NCBI GenBank assembly: GCA_036172245.1
Contig: JAYWIR010000003.1
Span: forward strand, 1,240,001-1,304,000
Length of the DNA stretch: 64,000 bases
From: Raillietiella orientalis
Taxonomy: Eukaryota
Reading direction: 5' to 3'
Positions 1 to 10,990 of the stretch are shown here, in pieces; position 1 is the stretch's first letter, and each line of letters starts with the position of its first letter. A program made the position numbers and the translations under genes. The notes beneath the pieces are model-generated. The model was not told the origin of the DNA and ran no database searches. It was given only the letters and a program-made list of their open reading frames with translations.

Positions 1-908
1 GATGACTAGGTACACTATCAAATATCTTTAATTAACATACTTTACCATCCTAACAGATTATGTCTTGTGTGGAATGTAGCCTTGTTATCTAATTTATCAT
101 GTGATTTTCAGGACTAGTCATGACAGACAGGAATATTGGTGAATTGAGATTGTGGATAGGTTTAATTCATAATATACTTACAGTCTTCATTCTGTTTTTT
201 GTAATTCTGTGTATAGAGTCGAAAGCCTGTGGAAGATCTTTGACTTTACCATTTGGTTAAACATTTTGTTATACATGTCAATAAAATTAATGGATTTGGT
301 TAAAAAACAATGGCCTCTTTCATTGATAAGTTTAATTAATACCGGGTTTATGTGGAAAAGCAGAGTTATATTTGAGTCTCGTTTTGACTGTTATGGTGGT
401 GCAGTATTCAATTAGTTTTTGTTAGAGCCAAAAACATGAAACCATAATGTTTTCATGGATTCATGATCCCTGGGTTTGGTTTTCATACGCTGGGATGCTG
501 TTTATTCGTATTCCCGAATCAAATTTTGCTTTACAGATGTGTATTATAAAACACAATCTTAATGAGCTGTTACATGTGGAGTGCACATGTAACCATTTTA
601 ACATTATTTTACTTTAGAAATGGGAATGTGGTATTATTTTCTACAATAAAAAATATTTTGATATTTTCATGCAGATAAGGTACAGTTTTGAAAAGCAGTT
701 GAAGTTCTGAAAGAGGTGTTTTTTTCATGAGCTGTCATATAGTATTCTAATTTAGCTTTCTGGATGTCGTTTTGGGTTTTTATTGAGTTTTCGTCAGGGG
801 ATTATTGAGTATAAAAATGTGGTTTTAAAACATAAGTCATTCATAAATATAATTTTAAGATTTTTTTTTTTTTTTTTTTAGATTCTGATTACTTTTATTT
901 TGTTGCAG

Positions 909-1235
909 AATCTTCAGATGCTGAGTCCGGTTTATCTGCTGTGCAGAACTCTGATGATGATGATGCTGTAAGAAGTAATGATGCAGATTCTTCTTCTGAT
1001 GCTTCTGATGTACCAGTTGGAAATGTTCAGAATGGTGGAAATCACTTGCAATCAGAGGAAGATTCTGATGTGGGCAGCTATGAGGAAGAAGATAGCGTGA
1101 ATCATGATGAAAGTCACCGTTTCAAGCAGTCACTAAAGCAGGAAGAAGAAGAATATGAAAATGAAGGTGGACAGAGTGAAGAAGAGTATTATGATGATGA
1201 TGAGGAAAAAAAGCAATCTTCTGATGAGCAGCAAG
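909..1235 (+). CDS. LEO1: LEO1 internal exon (acidic low-complexity N-terminal region); upstream exon(s) not located
   Basis: Acceptor ttgcag|AA at 908/909 (alternative in-frame acceptor at 881/882); donor G|gtacgt at 1235/1236; D/E/S-rich frame continuous with the Leo1-domain exon. Confidence 0.75.
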
Positions 1236-1283
1236 GTACGTTAAAATATATTTTTGTCTTTTGTTCATGGAAGTCATTTGCAG

Positions 1284-1394
1284 ATGATTCTTCTAGTGAA
1301 GAAGATACAAATAGTAAGCGAAAACGAATTGAGCTTAGCATAGGAAGTGGAAGTGATATGGAAACCAAGAAAGTCAGGGTGCAGGAAGATGAAA
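1284..1394 (+). CDS. LEO1: LEO1 exon
   Basis: tttgcag| acceptor at 1283; A|gtattt donor at 1394/1395; phase-1 junctions keep the frame on both sides. Confidence 0.75.
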
Positions 1395-1444
1395 GTATTT
1401 TTTGAAGTTTTCTGTTTTTTTCTGATTACAATGATTTGTGTTAG

Positions 1445-2344
1445 CATCTAGATCACCACTGGGATCTTTTGATGAAGGTGCTGACATGTCCTCTGATGGT
1501 GAAAAACATATGCAACAAAATAATGAAGATCAAGATGCTGCCTCAGAACCAAGAGAAGATGGAGAAGTTGATGAGGATGAGGATGCACTTCCTGAAACAC
1601 GGATCGAAGTAGATATTCCGCGTTTGATTACAGATTTGGGTCGTGAAATCCATTTTGTGAAACTTCCTAATTTTCTGTCCGTCGACCCTCGACCTTTTGA
1701 TCCAGACACTTATGAAGATGAGATTGATGACGAAGAAACTTTGGACGAAGAAGGTCGTGCTCGACTTAAACTTAAAGTTGGAAATACGCTTCGTTGGCGA
1801 TCTGTTTTAAGTGATGATGGGCATTTTACTCATCAAAGCAACGCGCATTTAGTGCGCTGGTCCGATGGCAGCATGTCTTTGTTGCTGGGTAGTGAGGCAT
1901 TTGATGTATGCAAACAGCCTTTGCAAGGAGATCATAATCACTTATTTCTGCGCCAAGGAACAGGACTTCAGGGACAAGCTGTGTTCCGAACCAAATTGAG
2001 TTTTCGTCCTCACAGTACCGAATCACTGACACATCGCAAGATGACTCTTTCTTTAGCCGATCGTAGTCAGAAAAAACAGAAAGTAAAACTCTTGACACAA
2101 GTCTCTAATGATCCAGAGGCACATCGTGGTGAAATGATCAAACGTGAAGAAGATCGATTGCGTGCCTCGCTGCGTAGAGAAAGCAGGCAGCGACGCATTC
2201 GAGATCGCTTGTCAAGCGGTCGTGCTGGTCTTACGGCAAGCTATCTCGAGCCAGATCGAGATATTGATGATTCTGATGATGAAGGTGCAATTTCCTTGGC
2301 AGCTATCAAAAACCGTTATAAAAAAGGAGTGGGTTTGGAACGAG
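1445..2344 (+). CDS. LEO1: LEO1 exon encoding the Leo1 domain (RNA polymerase-associated protein LEO1, Paf1 complex)
   Basis: [17 protein letters not shown]...[20 protein letters not shown]...[15 protein letters not shown]...[42 protein letters not shown] matches metazoan LEO1; ttag| acceptor at 1444, G|gtatgt donor at 2344/2345. Confidence 0.96.
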
Positions 2345-2392
2345 GTATGTACGTTCTGAGCACGTGAAGAGATTATGTTCATCATTCCTTAG

Positions 2393-2526
2393 ATTCGAGA
2401 CCACCTATTTACTCTTCAGATGATGATGCCAGTGATATAGAAATTCGCAAAGCGAAGAGGCTGGAAAAAGCAAAAGCACTGAGAGATAGTGATGAAGATT
2501 CTACTGGTGCCCCTATTAGCGAATAA
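2393..2526 (+). CDS. LEO1: LEO1 terminal coding exon
   Basis: ccttag| acceptor at 2392; reads DSRPPIYSSDDDASDIEIRKAKRLEKAKALRDSDEDSTGAPISE*, including the IYSSD motif of the LEO1 C-terminus; TAA at 2524-2526. Confidence 0.88.
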
Positions 2527-2541
2527 GTAACGTAAACTATC

Positions 2542-2547
2542 AATAAA
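2542..2547 (+). promoter_or_regulatory. Candidate LEO1 polyadenylation signal
   Basis: AATAAA 15 nt after the stop codon, followed by GT-rich sequence. Confidence 0.6.
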
Positions 2548-3796
2548 TGTGTTGCTTCAATGGTATGTTCTTAATATGCGTGTTTCTTTGGTAGTTGCCT
2601 TGCACCCAAGTTTTACTTTATTCTCCAAAATGATGCCTTGATCGTATGTGCAGAAACATGTGTGCATCCAATATGCAACGTTCCGTTATTGCCACTTTTA
2701 TCTGTAATTGCGCAGCCATGTTCAGAGACACCGACGTTCCTCAAAGACCTTATTCACCCTTTGATTCCACTACATATTTCAAGGAATTATGGGGAAGACA
2801 CCACACTCGATTCGTATGATACAGGTAGCTGTCGAGGCTGTTATTAATACGAAAAACAAATAAACTCGAGCTGCCGAGCTGTCATCAGTTGTGACGTGAA
2901 TTCAGAAGGAAACGGGGGAGAAATGCTTTCCGTGTCAAAAAGATGAGAAGATTAGCACACATAAGTGCTGTTTAGGAAAAATTGCACGGAAGTCATCGCC
3001 GTATACGATTCAGGAGCTGCCTGAATTGGTGACGTCTGGCTTATAGTGATTATCACTTACCGGTATAATAGTATCGCGTACAATTCAATCCTTGTATTCA
3101 GGAATTGTACCGAGCAAGTTGTTCCTGAGTTGCTTTTTTTGTAGTGTCCCAGTAGTGGTGAATGAACTAGGTTTTCTTTTTTTTTTTTTTCAATTCAGGA
3201 AAGTACTGTTGAAATAGAAGGAACTTATCTTTCAATAGCATATTTTGGAACCGTTCCTCCTGCATGCACGCGCAGAGGCTTCTCGCCGATACTTTTCAAA
3301 CCTCGGCAAGGTCTCGAGTTCAAAGCATCCGAGGCCGGGGGACAAATAGTATTTCCTTTTCTATCACTTGTGTTTATCAGTACACCCACTTCTGTTTGGC
3401 AATTATGATACGTTTATTCTCTATGACGATTGGAAATCATTCCCAATTGAGTTTCCCAGCATGCCTCCCTTCTTCGGTCGAGTATGCAAGAAGGGAAAAA
3501 TGGAGCTGTAGCGTAAGAACAACGCCATGGAAACGTACCGTTCTTAGCGTTGCCATCTTCATTCCGAATAGGCGTGAGTGAGGACACAAAGAACAGAGTT
3601 GGCCAAGTTGATTACCGTTCGATTTGGGAAGGACCATTATCTGCAGTTTGAAGCTGCCCAAGCTCGGCCAACATTGACGAAAGAACGAATTCGGATCCCG
3701 AATCTCGGGATTGCTGTGCGAGGGATGCTCAGGATGGGCATTTCGCATAATTAACGTGGGCCATTCGTGCAATCCAAAATGTGCAGCTGCAATGGC

Positions 3797-3827
<31 letters not shown>

Positions 3828-5879
3828 GAGAGTCTTTTGCGGAGACGAAGAAAGTTTGGAATCACAGTAATCTTTGGTGGTTTTGTATTCCACATTTTCA
3901 TAACAGGAAGGCATTGCTGTCTTGCCAAGGTCTGAATAATAGATCCCAGCTCGAATCGGCGCTGTTTTGCAGATCCTCCATCTTTGTGGTTTCTTGGTGG
4001 GTTTTCATTCCCTTCATCATGAAAACTGATGCCTGTTTCCTGTCTCTGAATCATGGAATTCCAAACATTTTCCCATCTGGAATGAATTGCAGACGATATA
4101 CCTGGGTTTTGTTGGGCAGCACGTTGGGCCGTGTCATGATCCCTGTGGAGGACTCTTGAAGGAAAAAGATGGAAATCAATGGATGAGTGCTGAGCCACTG
4201 CAACCGATTGCTTGTCGTCGTGCTCAGCCCAGAAGCAGAGCGGTTCCTTTAGCACCGATTTCTACATGGCACTAATTACAATCTTTCATCCACGCATATT
4301 ATTACTCCTTTTGGGACAGTGTATTTATTTTGAAGGATACCTATCGAGGGAAACTGCAGATTTCGAATTACCTAACGATTGACCAGTTGGCTTCAAGGAA
4401 CGGTGCTTTTCATTTTCGTTTTTCTGAGCATCGGAGATGGGCTCAAGAATCACGGGGGAATTCGTAAACAGCGGCAGAATTGCAGGGCGAATTCTGAAAG
4501 GGGAGCGGAAAAATCGGGCCAAAAGGGCCAAAAGTCGCGTTCAAAGGTTCAGTAGCTGCATGAATAACCGCGTCACCGAGTAGTCACTGAGTGCATACAC
4601 GAAGTGAGAAAGCAAGTCAACTCAACCCAGTCAAGCGATCGGAAGTAATGGTCCTTGATCCACGCATGGCCACGAACGATGACCAAAAAAGGAAATCCCG
4701 TTGACCGCGTTAGATTCAAAGAACACACACACACACACACGAACGTGCACATTTGAAATTAAGGGAGGAAGAATAAAGCACATCTCTCTTTGCTGAGAGA
4801 TGGCTGCCCTATTTCTATATGGGAAGATCATCCTCATGAATTTCCAGCTAGCATCCATAATCTTCAAATCCTTGCTTTCAGAGGACAGCGATTCTCGGTC
4901 CTGCTAAGTGGATTTCCATGTTTTCATTCACGTTTTCTTCTTCAGTGGCCACAAGCTTTTTTTTTTCTTTTTTCTTGTTTTTTTCCTCTCGTGTTTTCGC
5001 ATGACACTGAGTCTATGCAAAAACCCTTCCAGCGACACTCTTTCTCTTCACGGACGCCGGCCAGCGAAGCTAGGAAAAAACGGATAGGTGACGGAGATAT
5101 GAGTCATCCCACAAACAGTGTGCATCCCCCTTGGAAACCTGTGGGAATAAATGAGTTGGAGGAGAAGGTGGGACTGCTAGTTGAAAAGTGGACTACCGAG
5201 TGTTCTGTGAGCCGAAGAGCAAATGTCATCCCAGGATGAAGGTGATGGCGTCTTGGGATGTTTTTAAATCAAAGTGAGGAGGAGAGGGTAGAAGGATGCT
5301 ACGGCCCTGGTAAGAGAGCAATAAAAATTCGATAAGGGGATGCACCTCTCCGAGGGTGGCTAAGTCGGAATGAAAGGGTTGAGCTACATCTGGTATCGAA
5401 GCACGCAGTTGAGCGGAAAAGGTGCTCAGCCATAGGGATTCACGTTCGGGATGCCTTTGCAGATGCTCCAGATGAACAGTAAGATGGAAAGCTTGCTGTT
5501 GCCTCCGCACTGAAAATATACTTTGATAGCTGAGGGAGAAAACACTCACACACAGATACACGTTCGTTCGGTTGCAGATGACATCTCAAATTCCTGAGAC
5601 TCTCTCGCGCTTCCCTCGAATTCCACGTTTCCTCCGAGATTCCTTCCATAAACCGCAGCCATGGGATAGACCGCATTTTTCCAGGCCAGGGGATTTCGGC
5701 TGCACTGGATGCCTTCCACGTGGTCCACGTGATTCTAGAGGAATTTTGGAGACTAGGCATGCAATGTGCGTCTCGGTGCTCAAACCACACCTGCATGCAT
5801 CCCAGCATGCACATCGATTTTTTCTTTTTCTTTTTTCTAAAATCCATGCTTTGGTTTTTATTGAACAATCCGAAATTCC

Positions 5880-6300
5880 TTTCACTTTTCTATTCTGAGG
5901 CTTGTGAGTTGATCCCTGCACTTTGCAGTGTAGAGGAAGAGGGGGTGGCGCTTTCCGCCCCAAGCTCGGAATCGATCCCCCTTCACCAATCTTGGTCTGT
6001 GGGTAGGGGCCTTGGTTCGCGGGGTCAACCATCTCGAAGCCACTTCTCTCGAGCAGAGCTCCTCGCCATGACTGCCGTCGCCGGTGGCGGCGAGATCGCA
6101 CCTGTTTACCGGTGGTTCGCTCTGGGTCACTTTTTTGCATAGGAAGTGGACGTGCTGGGAACGGGGGATGACCATCGCGGAGCACAGGATGCTGCAAGAG
6201 AGGAGCTCCGCGCAGAATTTCAGTATCGAAGGAGCAAACTGAAAATCGAGAAACATCTTTTCTCCTCGTGTGGGAGATGGTGCGCTCCGCGCTCTTGGGA
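5880..6300 (-). mobile_element. Diverged L1/Tx1-like LINE 3' fragment
   Basis: Minus-strand REVASRWL resembles the family C-terminal motif (RMASRWL/KIATRWL). Confidence 0.3.
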
Positions 6301-7787
6301 AGAAAGGGATGAGAGAAATCAGATGTGTCGTCTTACCGTGATCCGGTGAGGCGATCGCGCCAGAAGGAGAGGAAGGAGAAAGAGGAGAAAAAAAATGGAC
6401 GCCCGAAGCCGAGAGGGTCGTCGCTCCAAAAATATGAAAGGCACATCCTCTTCCGGGAAAGCAAACAGGGGATCCTAACTGGGGACCATGCATCCCAGGG
6501 ACTGCATGCTCCTTCTCCCCTGTCCTGGGTCATCATCGGCCCTCCTCCTCGCCTGGTGTCGGCGGATCGCCGTCGCTCTTGCTCTCTCCGCCGGGCGCGG
6601 GCGAGGGGGGGGGGGACGATCGAGCGCCGGTGGGATGGCGTGCGCGTGGCTTCCAGCAGAGTGGAACCAGCGGAATGAAGCGGGAAGGGGAGAGGGGCGG
6701 AAAACTCTCAGCAACGGCCCCCCGACGAGCTCCAGCCACTCTTATGATTGTCGGCGAAAAGGAGGGGGGGAAGAAGGAAGGTGTGGCGTTTCGTCCTCCC
6801 GCGTCTTTTCGAGGTTCCTAAGAGGCAGCGGGAAGATTTGCAAGCATTGGGTTTTACCTTCATGCTCTCAGCCCGATGCGGAGCCGAAGACAGCGGCCGG
6901 AGTCTGCAGCCAGTCACCAGGGCGGCAGGAGGAAGAAGCAGAGCTCGGGAGAGGGTCCCCTCTCTCCGTTTATATACGTGAGGATTCAGAAGGTCGGGTT
7001 ATTCGATTTGAGAGGGGATGAGGGGATCGTCATGCATATGAAAGAGGCGCCGCCGCGATGGCTGCTGAGACTCTGGGACTTCACCCTCCCTCCTTGCGGC
7101 GGGATGCGCGGCACGTCACCAACGCGGCCCAGAAGCTCTTCCATACGGTAATCCAATGTCCAGTCGGCATTAGCACCCAGAGCCGGTGCTTCGCGGAAGG
7201 GAAGGATTCGCCGCTGCTTTGGGAACGGCCAGACGGGGAGGCGCGGCCTTCAAGAAATCCGCCTCGTGTCCGCTTCCTAATGGGAAAATGGAAGAAGATG
7301 TAGATTACGAATCGCATCTTCCCATTAGAACGAGATCTTTGATGTAGCTGCGGACGCAATTGGTGCTGGACATGGGCAGCTTGATGTGTGATGATTGTTT
7401 TTTGTTTTACCGAAGGGAAGCTTCGCCGAATCTCCGCTTCGTCTCAAACGCCAGCACGCCCTCCTTCCCTCCCCCGCTCCCCCCTCTCCTCCAAAGAGAG
7501 CGCATGCACCCCACCTCCTCCAACGCACTCCTCCTCGACGCGCGTTCAGAAGTCCTCTCTCCTGATGCCCTGCACCACGATGGTCAAATCGCACGACCCG
7601 TCAGAGGAACTCGCAATCTTCCTTCGACGGAACTCCTCGCATCTTGCTCTCCTCCCTTCCGGATGAGTTCTTCCGATCTTGGTACAGCGTCCAGACCCCA
7701 AGCGCAGCTGAGGAAGCCGACCTGGAGTGCTGAGAACGAGAATCCTACGGACACCACGAGTAAACGTTGGTTCGTTTCGTTTCCGCG

Positions 7788-8295
7788 AGGTGACAGCCGC
7801 GTGGTTGCAGCGGTCTCCGCGCGCAGCACCAAGAGTTGCGAGTTCGAGTCCCACCGGGAGGAAGGGGGGAGGGGATCGACGCCGGAAAATGAAGGGCGCG
7901 TTGTGGGGACACGAGTCCACCCCATTCCCGCATGATTACTCTGTTCGGCCTGTCGGCTTCGGGATGTTCCCGAAGAGTGCTTGGGATTGGAAGTTGACCT
8001 CCCAGGGTCCTCCCAGGAATCGAAGAGACCCTTTTACCCTCGGGTGTACTCTCCATCGCGTACCATGGGACTGGCTGACACCTCCTCCACAGTATCAGAA
8101 GCGCTCTGCTGCCTTCAAGGAGAGCGCTGCAGAGGAATCGAGAAGCGTCCCTTCGGAGTTCTCTTCAGAGGAGTTGAGACAGGGAGTGCTTCCCTTGCGG
8201 GTTCCTCTGGGGGAAGAAACGAGGGGAGGTTCGGGGAAACGGGGGTTCCTCCGGAGAAAATAAGGGAGAAGTTCCCTTAGGAGACAGCAATAGTC
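7788..8295 (+). mobile_element. tRNA-headed SINE-like element, 5' part (interrupted by a LINE)
   Basis: A-box-like AGCCGCGTGG and B-box GAGTTCGAGTCC at ~7797-7851; body (gaagcgtcccttcggagttctcttcagagg...cccttgcgggttcc) aligns to the copies at 15410, 21215 and 35296. Confidence 0.65.
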
Positions 8296-8301
8296 CCTCC
8301 C

Positions 8302-10795
8302 TTGCTGCAGCACCGACTTCCCTGAAGGAGGCGAATGACAGCAGTCAAACGGCGAGGTGGGAAATCTCCCGCCAAATCGTAGGCAGGAGGAAGGGGATGA
8401 GTGGATGGACCACGGAGCAGCTGGCAGATACTGCGATCCCAAGTGCCCTTCCATGAGGGCTGCAACGCTGGTGCGAGCGGCTCGGCATTCTTAGCGAAGA
8501 CCTGGAGTGATCCTTTGTGCTCAAGAACAGCAGCTCCCTGAAGTGGCAGAGGTCCGCACTTCTGATGCTCAAACTGGGATCTTCTTTGCGACGCATGCCG
8601 ACACAACTGGACTCTGGGGAGGGAGAGCTTGGAATGTCGTAGGTGCGGAGAACGGGAATCCCCCCTCCCAAACCTGCTCGTGGACTGCATTGTCCTTCGG
8701 TCCCTGTGGAAACGTCTCAGAACGACCTTCCGAATCCCGGTTGGCGTCCCCCGGGACGTTTCACGGCTCCTCTTTGTGCGGGACACCCTGCAGCCAGCCT
8801 CAGCCCCAGCAGCGCATTGCTGCATCCGCGAGATTGCGGCGGTCTGGAGCGAAACCGACGGAGGAGGAAACGAGAGGGACGTCGTCCAGTTCGCAGTGCG
8901 CTTTCTGCGGATGGCGGTCAGTTGGCCTCACATGGGATCTATTCGGACGGACCTAGCTGGCATCCTGGGAAGGACGCAGACGCGTCCCAGTGGACAGTGG
9001 TCAACCATAACCTCTCAAACATATTGATTTATTCTTTTATTTTCTTTTTGTGTTTGTTTTCCACTGTCTTCCTTCGCTGCCGAGGTGACCCCCGCCGGTC
9101 TGAGTACCAGTGACCCGGCGGCTCCGTGGACAAACGAAGTGTGGCAGAACCACGTGCCCTACCACAACATGTGCCACCTTTGCACGCAGCAGAGGACTGC
9201 TAGAGACGCAGCGGGGCGCAGGCCGTCACGCAGAAAGAGGCGACGGTAAATTTCCTTAGGGTCGCCTACTGGAAGATGGAGGATTGGGGCGATTCGACTC
9301 CAGAGTCCATCCAGGGCGACACACTCGAGAGTGAGATGCGGGAAGGTTTCTCTTTCTCCGCACTCGACACAGCGGGCATCCACATTCCCCAGTGTCCAGT
9401 GAGACAGGCGTGCTCTGCTTAACAGTCCCCAGTGCAGAAATAGCAACGCCGTCTTCTGCCACTTCAACGGAAGTGTGCCGCAATCCCAACACGCTGGGGG
9501 CCACTTCACCTCCTCCGGAGGTATTGCGAGCAGCTCTCCCCAGCGCGAAAGTCCGTGAGGCGGGATGCTCGGGGTGGCAGCGTCCGTGAGCTCCCGAGTC
9601 GCCCACGCCTTTAAAGGTTTTTTCCTGCCTCGGATGAGGCAGGACACTTCCCACGATGCCCGATCGTTGCTGCTCCTAGTGTTTTTTAGGGAGGACAGAA
9701 CGGGGGCAAGGGGGCTGAAAGAAGCCCACAGAAACTCCCGGGGCGTGTTGATAATCTCCTGCAGCGGCTGTCGAGCGTACGGTCCTCGTCGTAGGCAGTT
9801 GTATTCCTCCTCGCTCGTGCCGTTGATCTTAGCCCACGCGGAAGCTGACTCCTGAAGCCAGGCAGTGCAGTTCGCGGGGAGGCAGGAGATCCAGGTATTC
9901 TCCCTCATCAGGGCGACCATCTGGCGCAAATCGGGGCCACAGTTGGAGAGGCTGCGCTGGTAGGCCACGAGGATCGAGGACAATCCTTCGCAGCCGGTCG
10001 CTCTTCTGGCGAGGAGCCGTGCCGGATCGCACCATGGCGTCATCCATAAGCTAGCCGCAAGGGCTAACTTTCGAAGTGTTGTTTGTAGTTGGATGCGCTC
10101 CAACGTAAGGAGGCCCAAGCCACCATCCCTGCGTGGAGCGCACAAGTCTTTCAATCGGACTCGCGACCTCGCTGTGCCCCAAAGGGCAGTCCTCAAGAGG
10201 GCTTTGGTCCGTCTCTGTATGATGGGAGGGGCGGGGCAAACAAAAAGTAAGGGGCGAAGGAGGGGGGCCGCGAACGCGTTCCACACCGCGGCCCGCTCCT
10301 GCAAGTAAAACTTGTGCAAAGGTGGCACGCCAGAAGAAGAGGCCCAAGATGCAGGGACGCCATCCACTGGACGACGATCTCTTTAGAGACGGCGACAAGG
10401 TGGCGTCTACCTTTCACAATAAAAACCGAACTTGACTGCATCCTCAACAGGATGCGGAGGACCGACCCAGGCGCCCAGTGATCCCTTCCCTGCCCCACCC
10501 CCTCTCCTCATATAACTGTTTTCCTCCCCGTTATCTCTCTTTTTGTTTGTTTTTGTTCTAGTTTTCCCTTCCCATGCGCCTCGGGAATGGACCTAACCGG
10601 TCTATGCACCGGCAACCGACACGTCAAGCAAGGTGGGAGAACCCAGTGTTTCCCCACAGAAAACATCTTTTTAAAGACTTTATTATCTAATTTTTGTAAA
10701 AAATTAGAATAATAAATGCCCCGGCATATCCGGGTGACAAACCACAACATGTGAGTTTCCTTTGAATTTTAAGAAACGTCCCGGCGTGTCCAGTC
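8302..10795 (+). mobile_element. L1/Tx1-like LINE 3' copy, host of the nested inverted insertion 9174-10740
   Basis: zf-RVT-like CRRCGERESPLPNLLVDCIVLRSLW; colinear with the copy at 45480-46392, including the 3'UTR that resumes at 10754 (gagtttcctttgaattttaagaaacg). Confidence 0.8.
9174..10740. mobile_element. 5'-inverted (twin-primed) L1/Tx1-clade LINE insertion; ORF2 thumb plus zf-RVT C-terminus, stop-free
   Basis: 13-bp TSD ACCACAACATGTG (9161-9173 and 10741-10753). 10313->9171 on - encodes ...ALWGTARSRVRLKDLCAPRRDGGLGLL...CVECGERETFPHLTLEC...CCVQRWH; 10314->10481 on + continues VQRWHARRRGPRCRDAIHW...DPGAQ*. Confidence 0.92.
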
Positions 10796-10990
10796 TCCCT
10801 CCCAAGTGTAAGAGGAGTGGACCCCTTCCTCCGGAGTATTGCTGGATTCATGGGGTGGTCTCTGCTGGGGTATCCCCTAGCATGAGAAGTCACATGCACC
10901 CTCAGGTGACGTGGACAATGCTAAAGACCTTCATGAGCCCTCCTAAGGAGGTTCTTCAGTTCTTGGCAAACCAAAAGAAAAAACGAAAAC
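10796..10990 (+). mobile_element. tRNA-headed SINE-like element, 3' part with A-rich tail
   Basis: taagaggagtggacccc...ggattcatggggtggtc matches the 3' portion of the copies at 35960-36169 and 62610-62670; picks up close to where 7788-8295 stops. Confidence 0.6.

Noticed and set aside
9159..10367. 402-aa ORF as a standalone gene
   Set aside because: Its first 18 and last few codons come from the antisense direct arm and the TSD; it is the inverted arm of a LINE ORF2.
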